From assembly GCA_030630065.1 (NCBI GenBank), contig DAOVNU010000001.1:1-43792 (forward strand): 43,792 nucleotides of DNA, written 5' to 3'. The stretch is from a bacterium (GTDB lineage Bacteria > Ratteibacteria > UBA8468). The position numbers and the translations under genes were made by a program. Within the stretch, counting starts at the first letter, position 1; each line of letters starts with the position of its first letter. The notes beneath the pieces are model-generated. The model searched no databases, was not told the DNA's origin, and was given only the letters and a program-made list of their open reading frames with translations. Shown one piece after another: positions 16,372 through 24,884 of this stretch.

Positions 16372-17790
16372 TTACGTGTAACTTTTAATAATCCTTTTTA
16401 TCTCTTTCTCCTTTGCTTCCGGGAGAGGTTCAATCCTATGGGTCTTGAGAATCTCCTCTGCCTTTTCTCTTGCAGAATTTCTTATATCAGGGAACCCTCT
16501 ATCCGCTAACTTCTCCCAGGAATCCCTTGAAGATAGAGTTGGCATATAGATCTCCCCTGTTCTAAGTCTATTGATAGTATGTGGATGGGTAAGGAAGGTT
16601 TTACCTTCTGAGGCCGCCATTATAGCATCTAACCCTATCTCCCCATTTGATGTAGAGAAACCTTTCTTAAACCTCTTCATAATGCCTGCAATCTCATTAT
16701 CTATCACCAGTTGTTCAAAACTCCCCATCAAGACATCCCCAATACCTCCTGCACAGGAGATGATATCTGCTCCTGCAATAAATGGCAGAAGGAGGTTAAG
16801 CATACGCTCATATCCGCTCTGGATATCAAGGAAATTGGAGCTTGTGCAGAGACCATATACATCAGACGGCAACCCATAAAATGAGGCCATCTGGACACTG
16901 CAGGCTGAGGAAATACCAATCTCAGGATTACCCCACATCGGTCGCACAGTTCTCAAATTCATCGGGCTAATGCGAGAGCAATAGATTTTCGGAACATCCT
17001 TATCAATGAATGCAGCGTAGATGATAGTCGCCAGGTTTTCAGCGTTTGACTGGACCACTGTTCCTGTGAGGGTTATCGGTGCCGTCGCACCGCTTATTGG
17101 GCAGGGGAGCGCGCGGATAGGAAGACCTGATTCCACGCATATTCTGATTGTCTCTGTCAAATCCTCCGGGAAGAAGAGAGGGCTAATAGGAGATACAGGA
17201 AATGACGCTATCGGTTTCTCACGCAATCTCTTCCTGTTCCCCGCCAACACCAACATAATCTCTATAATACTCTTTATCTCATAGGGGTGATGGACTCCAG
17301 GGCCAAAGATAGGTTTGCGTGTGTTCTTAATAAGTGCATAAAGTGTGTACGGCCAGATAACGCGGGGAGGGATATCAAGCGGGGAAAGAAATCCACCGAC
17401 TGGGCTCAGATTCTCAAGTCCATCTATAAGCCGGATTGCATCCTCCAGGTCCCGGGATGTTGTCTTGCGCCGCGACCTCTCCTTATAATCAAAGAGCCAA
17501 GCATAATTTCCACCATTACGCACAAAGGTTTCGCCCCCACCTATCTCCAAGGTCTCCTTCAGATCTCTCGAGTGGAGTTTAAAACTCGAGGGGTTTCCTC
17601 TAAGCGCCTTCTCCACAACATCCGCAGGAAAAATTACCCGATTGCCTTTGACCTGGCAACCATTGCCCGCAAGGATCTCCTTTGCCCTTTTCCCCTCAAA
17701 CCTCACCCCATTCTCTCCCAATACCTTGAGTGTTGCGGCGTGTATATTCTCTATATCATCCTCGGTCAATATCTTGAACCTTAAAGACAT
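16372..17790 (-). CDS. MttB-superfamily methyltransferase (trimethylamine/glycine-betaine methyltransferase family), non-pyrrolysine type
   Basis: It contains MSLRFKILTEDDIENIHAATLKVLGENGVRF, and length and composition are typical of MttB/MtgB-like proteins. The frame has no in-frame TAG. I prefer the ATG at 17790, preceded by GGGAGGGTGGAGAA, over the ORF-track start at 17826. Confidence 0.75.
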   Translation of the reverse strand: MSLRFKILTEDDIENIHAATLKVLGENGVRFEGKRAKEILAGNGCQVKGNRVIFPADVVEKALRGNPSSFKLHSRDLKETLEIGGGETFVRNGGNYAWLFDYKERSRRKTTSRDLEDAIRLIDGLENLSPVGGFLSPLDIPPRVIWPYTLYALIKNTRKPIFGPGVHHPYEIKSIIEIMLVLAGNRKRLREKPIASFPVSPISPLFFPEDLTETIRICVESGLPIRALPCPISGATAPITLTGTVVQSNAENLATIIYAAFIDKDVPKIYCSRISPMNLRTVRPMWGNPEIGISSACSVQMASFYGLPSDVYGLCTSSNFLDIQSGYERMLNLLLPFIAGADIISCAGGIGDVLMGSFEQLVIDNEIAGIMKRFKKGFSTSNGEIGLDAIMAASEGKTFLTHPHTINRLRTGEIYMPTLSSRDSWEKLADRGFPDIRNSAREKAEEILKTHRIEPLPEAKEKEIKRIIKSYT

Positions 17791-17939
17791 TTCTCCACCC
17801 TCCCACTTTTTCTTTTGTTTCAACATTTTTCTTTTAAAGCAATCTCAGGATTTCTATGGAAATCTCTGCGCCGTTTGACAAGGTTAGAAGACATCCTCCT
17901 TGCATTGCAAATGGAGTATGCCAATCTATCTTCTTATCC

Positions 17940-18929
17940 TCATACATGTTCAGAACGCCACCAGTAAAGAGGTATTGGGGCAAAGACATCATCAATTTTT
18001 TCTGGACCAAAGAGAATCTTGACCGATTTTAAAGAGTCATCTATCCGATTTTTCTTTCCTATCTTTTCCTGAATCTTCTCTTTGTTAATGAGGCGAACCA
18101 TACCTAAATAACCTTTACAGTTCAGAAACCCTAATTCTAAAAGTAGTTTTGGTAATCCCTCCTGAAGGGGAGGAGTGATTACCGCAATGCTTGAGAAAAT
18201 ATTCTTTTCTATAATGGTCTTAAGAAGAAAGGCAACTATTTCTGCTTCTCCGCCATATTCCAATACTACTCCTTCTTGATTTATAAGGAGATAGGCTACA
18301 ATTCCCCTTTTCCTCCTGGCTAAAAATGCTCTGCTACCTGGAAGAGAAAAGAGAAGAGAATATTCCTTCAGTGTTCTTTCCAGTCGCAAAGGTTCTCTTT
18401 CATGAATCCTTTTAATTTCAGAAAAACAACCTATCTTCTCTGATATTTCTATTGTTTCAGAGGAAGAAGGAAGGAGAAAGAAATTACCTTTATTCAGAAA
18501 GAATGAATATTGAATACCAACCTGTTCCCAGCCAAGACATCGGTAGAAATCAGGATTACCTGTCCAGAGAATGGAGAAATCATAATCCTCTTTCTCCATT
18601 TTACGAATGCAATCTTTTAGAATTAAAGAGGCATAACCTTTTCCACGATAGTCAGGATGGGTGCAAACCCCACCAATTCCTCCCACCTTAAACCTTATTC
18701 CGTTACTGATAAGAATTCTTTCACAAATTATGGTATGAGCAACAACCTTTTTATCTACCTTCAGGACTCTCATATTTTCTAAATTTTTTTCATTGTAAAT
18801 ATAGTATTCATCCTGAAGTTTCCTATTCGGTTTGCCTCTTAAGGTGTAGAAAACTAAATTAAGTAATTCTATTGCTTCCTTAAATTCCTCTTTTTTACAT
18901 CCTCTTGGGCCTTCAATTAGATTCATCAT
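17940..18929 (-). CDS. GNAT family N-acetyltransferase (Eis-like, with C-terminal extension)
   Basis: 329 aa with the acetyl-CoA motif GGVCTHPDYRGKGYASLILKDCIRKM. Confidence 0.7.
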   Translation of the reverse strand: MMNLIEGPRGCKKEEFKEAIELLNLVFYTLRGKPNRKLQDEYYIYNEKNLENMRVLKVDKKVVAHTIICERILISNGIRFKVGGIGGVCTHPDYRGKGYASLILKDCIRKMEKEDYDFSILWTGNPDFYRCLGWEQVGIQYSFFLNKGNFFLLPSSSETIEISEKIGCFSEIKRIHEREPLRLERTLKEYSLLFSLPGSRAFLARRKRGIVAYLLINQEGVVLEYGGEAEIVAFLLKTIIEKNIFSSIAVITPPLQEGLPKLLLELGFLNCKGYLGMVRLINKEKIQEKIGKKNRIDDSLKSVKILFGPEKIDDVFAPIPLYWWRSEHV

Positions 18930-18931
18930 AA

Positions 18932-20377
18932 TTATTCTTTTAAGAAGGTGATTACTTCCGGTAAAGATGTTAAGTCATAATAACGTAACACAGTCAAACT
19001 CTCCTGATTAATTATTATCTCTTTTTTATCTTCACCTTCCAATGCTTTTACCAATAATTTTTGAGAATTTCCTAAATTGCCAATGGCAACCCAGAGAAAA
19101 TTATTAACAAAAACTGAAACTATTCTTTTGCCTTCGGTTAAAGGAAATCTTTTTTTCTTTGTTTCTTTTACCTCTAGATAAGCAACTGTATTCTCTTTGA
19201 CCATCTGTTTATAAACATCCAAATATCTGAAATATCTCTCTCTGCCAGCGATAAAACTCGCGCCCATAAGAGGAGGAAATCCTGCCTTCTTTTGTGCTTT
19301 TATCCACTCTGTCCAGTTATCATATCCCTTTTTCCAAGAAACACCCGGGATATTAAAAAGATTTTCTTCTTCTCCATAACAGCCATCTTCCAGCCAGGGG
19401 AATTGCAAATAGGGAATAGTGGCTGCAAAAGAGAGGTTTTCTGTTTTAGGCAGTAATTCTAAACGAGGAGTAAAATCTCTATCCTTCCAATTGGTAATTA
19501 AATGGCTCCAATCATTGAATCGGAGGACATAAGGTTCATACATTTTTGTCTTTTCTATTGAGGTTAAAATATCGGGCACACCTTCTCCCAGTAATTGGTA
19601 ATCCCAACATTTATCCTCAAAAGGTGATTCTACATCTGAACCGATATGGGCAACAATTAATCCATTTCTTTTTTTAACTCTAACATATATTTCACAAATG
19701 AAATCATTCCAGAGGGCAGCAAAGCTCTTATTTGTTCTACCTTTTACCGCATCAGCTAAATGGTTCACATTTCCTTTTTCTTCAGGAGAGATTTCTATAA
19801 AATGGATATGGTTATCGGAATTTGGATTAGAACAACCCGGTCTTTTTAATCCCAAACCACCATCCCAATATAAGCCATCAAATCCATAGTCATCCATTAA
19901 TCTATCTATGGTGTTAAAAAAATACATTCTCCAACCGGGACTTCCTGGACAAAGCATATCTAAATCGTAGTAGACCTCAACAAGATGGCCTACTCCGCGG
20001 CTCCATTCTTCTTGATAAACAGGATTTCTAACATCTAAATATCCTGGTGAGACATAAGGAATAACCTTTAAACTTCTTCTATGACATTCATCAATAAACT
20101 TTCTTAATCCCTTTTCATTTAGAGATTCATAGACACCTTTCCCAAAAAAACCGCATATATCATTCCACCACCATACATGGACAACCCCAAGCCCTTTTTC
20201 AGCATAGAGGTCAAGAAGTTTCCAGTCTTTCTCCGTTGGATAGTAAGGTCTTCTTGTAGGATAATGACCAAATTGGTAGCGGGTGTGTCCCGGCGCATAA
20301 TTATAAATACGGTTTTTCTTTAAACATCTCAGATTATTATCCCTTGCCCATTTCAAAAATATTAATCTATCTGCCAT
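18932..20377 (-). CDS. Hypothetical TIM-barrel glycoside-hydrolase-like protein
   Basis: 481 aa with ...FIDECHRRSLKVIPYVSPGYLD ... DDYGFDGLYWDGG.... This resembles GH-like (GHL) barrels. No family could be assigned by eye. Confidence 0.4.
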   Translation of the reverse strand: MADRLIFLKWARDNNLRCLKKNRIYNYAPGHTRYQFGHYPTRRPYYPTEKDWKLLDLYAEKGLGVVHVWWWNDICGFFGKGVYESLNEKGLRKFIDECHRRSLKVIPYVSPGYLDVRNPVYQEEWSRGVGHLVEVYYDLDMLCPGSPGWRMYFFNTIDRLMDDYGFDGLYWDGGLGLKRPGCSNPNSDNHIHFIEISPEEKGNVNHLADAVKGRTNKSFAALWNDFICEIYVRVKKRNGLIVAHIGSDVESPFEDKCWDYQLLGEGVPDILTSIEKTKMYEPYVLRFNDWSHLITNWKDRDFTPRLELLPKTENLSFAATIPYLQFPWLEDGCYGEEENLFNIPGVSWKKGYDNWTEWIKAQKKAGFPPLMGASFIAGRERYFRYLDVYKQMVKENTVAYLEVKETKKKRFPLTEGKRIVSVFVNNFLWVAIGNLGNSQKLLVKALEGEDKKEIIINQESLTVLRYYDLTSLPEVITFLKE

Positions 20378-20378
20378 T

Positions 20379-21182
20379 TTATCTGAGAATAAAAGCGTTG
20401 ATTAAAGTTCTGAAAGCCTCAGCGTATTTTATCTTATTGTCCAGAGTCACATCCATTTCCTCTGCCCTGAATCTTGCTTTTGCTTCTGCGTATTCCCATC
20501 TCCACTTACATCTATTCATCTGACTTTCTTGTTTGTATAAGGCCTCTTTCTTTTTAGCAAAGAACCTGCTCACATCAATATAGGTATCAGGAGCCATTCC
20601 CATAACTCTGGCAGCTGTTCCTGGTTCCCAGGAAAGCAATACGCCTAATTCTACTTTTTCCATTGCCCTCCTATATGCTTTATAGACCAAACTACAGCTA
20701 GCAGAATGCTCTGGGTTTTCATCATCCATACTATGGGTAAGAACAATCTTGGGCTCAAATTGAATGATTAAATCAGATACTTCATCAACGCATTTTCCTA
20801 TACCTGGAGCCACTACGATAGGTTCCTTGCCAGGAGGATATTCTTTAACATTGTAATCGGTAAAGTCAAGATACATATGTTTTTTCTCTTTCTTATCCCA
20901 CATTCCACATTCTTTAAAATCAAGAAAAATTATCTCTTCTGCTCCTAAAACCTTTGCTGCTTCTGTAGTTTCTCGTTTCCTGATAGAGGTTGTTTTATCA
21001 GGGGAGTAATATTTTGACGGTATCTCTTCTCCTTCTTTTGTCCGCATACATCCAGAAGCGTTGTTGCCTACCATCACATAAATTACTTTGTATCCCAGAT
21101 GACCATACTTTGCTAAAGTTCCTCCTGCCTGAAGTTCTATATCGTCAGCATGTGCTCCAAAAGCCATAATACACTTTTTCAT
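20379..21182 (-). CDS. PIG-L/LmbE family N-acetylglucosaminyl deacetylase
   Basis: 267 aa with AFGAHADDIELQAGGTLAKY at the N-terminus and HSMDDENPEH later. Confidence 0.8.
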   Translation of the reverse strand: MKKCIMAFGAHADDIELQAGGTLAKYGHLGYKVIYVMVGNNASGCMRTKEGEEIPSKYYSPDKTTSIRKRETTEAAKVLGAEEIIFLDFKECGMWDKKEKKHMYLDFTDYNVKEYPPGKEPIVVAPGIGKCVDEVSDLIIQFEPKIVLTHSMDDENPEHSASCSLVYKAYRRAMEKVELGVLLSWEPGTAARVMGMAPDTYIDVSRFFAKKKEALYKQESQMNRCKWRWEYAEAKARFRAEEMDVTLDNKIKYAEAFRTLINAFILR

Positions 21183-21319
21183 TCCGCTTTTCTCCTATCT
21201 TAAAATCAGTACATCTTTTCTTCTCGTGAAGACATTGTTGAAAAAGCTTTCCTCATTTTTTTTAATCTGTTCCATAGAAACTCTTGCAGCAGAGATAGGG
21301 GTCATTTTTTAAAATATAT

Positions 21320-21412
21320 TTATAATATGTGAAAGATTTTGTTTTCCTTATAAGCTTCTATATGAATTTTGCTTATCATCCCTGTGCCGATTATCCCTAT
21401 ATTTAAACCCAT
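21320..21412 (-). pseudogene. 30-codon stub of a Gfo/Idh/MocA-family (IolG-like) NAD(P) oxidoreductase
   Basis: My own translation is MGLNIGIIGTGMISKIHIEAYKENKIFHIL*, which is the Rossmann N-terminus of Gfo/Idh/MocA enzymes. The ATG overlaps the upstream stop (TAATG), as in a translationally coupled gene. Only about 230 nt remain before the next gene. Confidence 0.5.
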
Positions 21413-22272
21413 TATTTTAACCCCATTAATTTCCTTACCTGTTGGAGGGATATTTTGGCTGCCTCTTTTACATCTCCCCCAAGTACATTTTTATAATAGT
21501 TGAAAGACTCAAATTCTACTGACACAAAACCCTGGTAGTTAATTTTATCCAAGGCTTTAAAAAAAGATTTCCAATCTACATTACCTTCTCCCAATAAAGG
21601 AAAGATAAATTTCCCTTCTTCAGGAATTCCTACTGCATCCTTTAAGTGAATATGCTTTATTTTTTTGTCCCATTGTTTGATAATCCATTCTACATCAAGA
21701 TTCCCATATAAAACATCATGCGATGGATCAAAGTTGACTCCTAAGTAGGGAGAATCAAAGTTGTCTATCAGTAGTCTGGTAGTATAATAATCATGGCAGA
21801 GCATACCCCAAACACCTTCTACTGCGAGATTCATCTTGAATTTTTCTGCCACAGAGACAAATTTATCATAGGCCTCAAAGACCATATTCCAAGCTTTCTT
21901 CTCTGATATATCTTTATGAAGTTTAGGTGCTTTTGAATCCCAGGGCGCTGGACCAGTAAAAAGATTAATCGTGTTTATGCTTGCCTCTGAGAAAACCTCT
22001 ATACATTGAAGAACAAGTTCTATTCTGCTTTTTCTTAATCCTTTATTCAAAGTTACTAAATCTTGCTGAACTACTACCTCACTTACCTCCATATTATATC
22101 GATGGGTTAAATTAACTATTCTCTCTATTTCCTTCAGGGATTTCTTTCTTGGGTCAAGATGGGAAAGGGTCCACTCTACCCCGTTATATCCTATTTGAGA
22201 CAATACTCTTAATACCTCTTCTGGCTGCATCTGGCTAAATCCTAAAGAAGCCATAAAACCTATATTTCGCAT
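21412..22272 (-). CDS. Sugar phosphate isomerase/epimerase, xylose-isomerase-like TIM barrel (IolE/IolI-like family)
   Basis: 286 aa with GYNGVEW ... NLAVEGVWG ... GVNFDPSHD ... HIHLKDA ... VSVEFE, the metal-ligand pattern of the AP_endonuc_2 fold. Confidence 0.75.
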   Translation of the reverse strand: MRNIGFMASLGFSQMQPEEVLRVLSQIGYNGVEWTLSHLDPRKKSLKEIERIVNLTHRYNMEVSEVVVQQDLVTLNKGLRKSRIELVLQCIEVFSEASINTINLFTGPAPWDSKAPKLHKDISEKKAWNMVFEAYDKFVSVAEKFKMNLAVEGVWGMLCHDYYTTRLLIDNFDSPYLGVNFDPSHDVLYGNLDVEWIIKQWDKKIKHIHLKDAVGIPEEGKFIFPLLGEGNVDWKSFFKALDKINYQGFVSVEFESFNYYKNVLGGDVKEAAKISLQQVRKLMGLK

Positions 22273-22273
22273 T

Positions 22274-23371
22274 TTATCTTGTCTCTTTTACTGTTTGAAC
22301 TAAAAGAGAGAACTTTTCAAAAGAAACTTCAGGAGGAATACTATGATCTGAATGGTATATATATCCCCCCTGTAGTCCAAGCGGTAATTTACTATTAAGT
22401 TCTAACAACATTTTCTTATTGTCTCCAAGAATAGCTCTGATGTCAATATTGCCCATAAAGGATAGTGAATTACCCCATCTCTCCTTTAATTCTTTAAGGT
22501 CCATACCTGCTTTAACTTCAAGTGGTTGGAGCACATCTATTCCTGCACCGATTAAGTCGTCTATTGCTTCATTGCAATTGCCATCTGTATGGTAAAAGAC
22601 AGGTATTCCTTTACTTTTAAAGAAGGAGAACACTTGTTTATGGAAAGGCATTAGAAGCTCACGATACATTACCGGGGAGAATAAAAGACCATTTTTATAT
22701 GCAATATCTCCGGCAAAGAATGCTCCGTCAAACTTCATACCCGATGTGAACATCTTTTCTGCTGTTTCAATAATCGTTTTGGCTATTGTGGAAAAGATAT
22801 CTTTAACAAGGTCAAATTCCGTAGCCATCATCAGAAGAAGTTTTTCGTCACCTACCAATCGCATTGCTGTCTCATAACATTCAAGAGTATTAAGAAGAAC
22901 AAAGGTGTCTTCTGGATTTTCAAGCTCGTTATACGTGTTAATTACATTTTTTTCTCCAGATGGACGTAAATCTTCATAATAATCACCCCAATACCCCAAA
23001 CTTACTCGATTAAGAGAAGGAGTAAATCGAGCTTTAATTTTTCTCCAATCTTCTTGACTATTAACTGCCCAACTTAATACTTGGGGAGGAGCAGAGATAT
23101 TGTTAAGCTCCTTTATTTTTCGTCCATATTGGTCTATCCGAATAGTATATCTTTCTGTGTACTCGAGTTCCTGAGGAACTATCATAGGGGAAGTATCAAG
23201 AAAATAAGAATACCTTATGTCAAATTCGAAGTAATCATTCGGATGTTTCTCTTCAGGCAACCCCTCTTTTCTCCATCGAGTTATAGTTTCCTTCCATGGT
23301 GCATCGGTGAAGGGAATTCTATCAACTGGTTGTCTTCTTATTGCTTTTATAACCCTTTCTTTTGACGTCAT
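22274..23371 (-). CDS. Uroporphyrinogen-decarboxylase (URO-D/MtaA-like) fold protein
   Basis: It starts MTSKERVIKAIRRQPVDRIPF at the internal ATG 23371, with GGGAGGGAGG 9 nt upstream and 1 nt after the upstream stop. It also contains ...VFYHTDGNCNEAIDDLIGAGIDVLQPLE.... The ORF-track start at 23452 would overlap the upstream gene by 80 nt. Confidence 0.7.
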   Translation of the reverse strand: MTSKERVIKAIRRQPVDRIPFTDAPWKETITRWRKEGLPEEKHPNDYFEFDIRYSYFLDTSPMIVPQELEYTERYTIRIDQYGRKIKELNNISAPPQVLSWAVNSQEDWRKIKARFTPSLNRVSLGYWGDYYEDLRPSGEKNVINTYNELENPEDTFVLLNTLECYETAMRLVGDEKLLLMMATEFDLVKDIFSTIAKTIIETAEKMFTSGMKFDGAFFAGDIAYKNGLLFSPVMYRELLMPFHKQVFSFFKSKGIPVFYHTDGNCNEAIDDLIGAGIDVLQPLEVKAGMDLKELKERWGNSLSFMGNIDIRAILGDNKKMLLELNSKLPLGLQGGYIYHSDHSIPPEVSFEKFSLLVQTVKETR

Positions 23372-23372
23372 T

Positions 23373-24239
23373 TTAAAATCCTCCCTCCCAATTCCTTTTT
23401 GGCTCAAAACCCAATTTCTCTCTTGCTTTGGTGATATCAAACAAAGAAGCATAAGGATTCTTTTGAAAATACTCTTTATTCTTTATCGGTGGAGGACTCT
23501 CCGGATAAAGATGCCGAATAAGTTCTAATGAATCTATTTTCTGGAAAGTATCGGCAGCGGTGATACAAAAAGATTCAAAAGGAGGAGAAACATCAAGGGA
23601 ATAGTTCAGTGCCAAGCGATAGGCCTGAGCGACATCTTCGGGAAAGATATAAGAACTGAACCAGTTTTTGGCATCCACATTTTTGTTCTTCAAGATATTT
23701 TCTATTGCTTTCTTATCTCGCTTTAGCCAGACCCAACAGAACCTTAAGGAGATTGCTTCAATTCCATAAGCCCGGCTATATTCCTGGCACATGACCTCTC
23801 CAAAATATTTGCTCAGGCTATAACTTTCATGAGGATAAGATGGATGTTCTTCATCAATAGGGAGATATTTTGGCTTGTAAGAGACATTATGGATTCCAAA
23901 ACCAGAGGCAGATTCACTACAGCCAAAGACAACACGAGGAATTTTATTCCGTCTGATTGCCTCCAGAAGATTATAGGTACCGATAACATTTACCTGCATT
24001 ACCTTATCTCCTGGGTCATCAAAGGGGTGAGGAATTGCGGCAAGATGAATGACCGTATCAAAACCCTTTACTTTACTTAAAACTTCTTCTGCATCCAAAA
24101 GATTCAGTTTAAGAAAAGGAATCTCAGGGTATTTAGATGGGGGCTTAAGGTCAAGAATAGTTACCTGATGTTTATCCTTTAGTTCCTTAACCACATATTC
24201 CCCAATATCTCCCGAACCTCCAGTAATTAGTACTTTCAT
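23373..24239 (-). CDS. NAD-dependent epimerase/dehydratase (extended SDR)
   Basis: 288 aa with MKVLITGGSGDIGEYV and the YSLSK catalytic motif. Confidence 0.8.
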   Translation of the reverse strand: MKVLITGGSGDIGEYVVKELKDKHQVTILDLKPPSKYPEIPFLKLNLLDAEEVLSKVKGFDTVIHLAAIPHPFDDPGDKVMQVNVIGTYNLLEAIRRNKIPRVVFGCSESASGFGIHNVSYKPKYLPIDEEHPSYPHESYSLSKYFGEVMCQEYSRAYGIEAISLRFCWVWLKRDKKAIENILKNKNVDAKNWFSSYIFPEDVAQAYRLALNYSLDVSPPFESFCITAADTFQKIDSLELIRHLYPESPPPIKNKEYFQKNPYASLFDITKAREKLGFEPKRNWEGGF

Positions 24240-24251
24240 TAAAATACTTTT

Positions 24252-24884
24252 CTAAATTATTCTTTTTCTGAATGCTTCTTTTAATTCACTATCCTGAATA
24301 GAGTCTATATCAATTATCTCAAGCACGCCGGGATAGTTTAATACAGGTTTAAGCACTTTCTCATTTATTAAAGAGATGGTTTCAGCAAACGAACAGTGAA
24401 CCGTTGCAGAAATTTTCATGAGAGTTTCAATACTTTGTTTTTGAGATTCTTTGCGATAAGATGGATATCCCTGACCAAACTCTTTTAAGGAAAAAAGCCG
24501 GTCAAAGATAAACTTTAAATTAATATCTCCAGCCCAGCCATAGCCAAAATTCAGAGCAAGGGAAATGCAATTTCCTCCATTGATCTGCCCAAATAGCCAG
24601 GCATCAAGCGGAGTTTGAATTAATCCGCAGGATACATTGGGATACTGCATCACAGAGTTCAAAAAACCCTGGCCTGTGCCACATCCACCAACAACTAAAT
24701 CCACTTTTTTAAGGTTAAGTAAAATTGCTGATAAAAGCCCGGTATGGATATAGGTTAATTCCGGTTTAGCCCCAGTTCGTCTCATACCAACATTGATAAT
24801 GGTATGCCCCCTATTCTCAAGGGCGGTAATAATGTTCTTGTTCTTATCCGCAGAACTGGTCTCGTTAATAACCGCTATTTTCAT
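24252..24884 (-). CDS. RpiB/LacA/LacB-family sugar(-phosphate) isomerase, divergent long form
   Basis: 210 aa with MKIAVINETS... and VVGGCGTGQGFLNSVMQYPNVSCGLI. Confidence 0.6.
   Translation of the reverse strand: MKIAVINETSSADKNKNIITALENRGHTIINVGMRRTGAKPELTYIHTGLLSAILLNLKKVDLVVGGCGTGQGFLNSVMQYPNVSCGLIQTPLDAWLFGQINGGNCISLALNFGYGWAGDINLKFIFDRLFSLKEFGQGYPSYRKESQKQSIETLMKISATVHCSFAETISLINEKVLKPVLNYPGVLEIIDIDSIQDSELKEAFRKRII

Noticed and set aside
17287-17784. 165-aa plus-strand ORF, together with 16571..16879, 17021..17284 and 17642..17878
   Set aside because: These ORFs are fully antisense to the well-supported MttB-family CDS. Their composition is low-complexity or odd, they show no SD and no recognisable motifs. 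They are shadow ORFs typical of the opposite strand of a real gene.
16372-17826. Possible pyrrolysine (in-frame TAG) in the MttB homologue
   Set aside because: The reading frame is uninterrupted over its whole length and no pyl genes are present. This is a non-Pyl member of the superfamily.
17820-17894. 24-codon minus-strand ORF MSSNLVKRRRDFHRNPEIALKEKC* upstream of mttB with an AAGGAGG box
   Set aside because: The AGGAGG abuts the ATG with zero spacing, so it cannot act as an SD for it. The ORF also spans the palindromic, operator-like sequence. It could be a leader peptide, but nothing supports that.
22274-23452. Longer N-terminus (MLLCLISPKQERNWVLSQKGIGREDFK...) for the second URO-D protein
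   Set aside because: It would overlap the SDR gene by 80 nt and has no SD. The internal ATG at 23371 has a GGGAGGGAGG SD and yields MTSKERV..., matching the N-terminus of the paralogue at 6104..7189.
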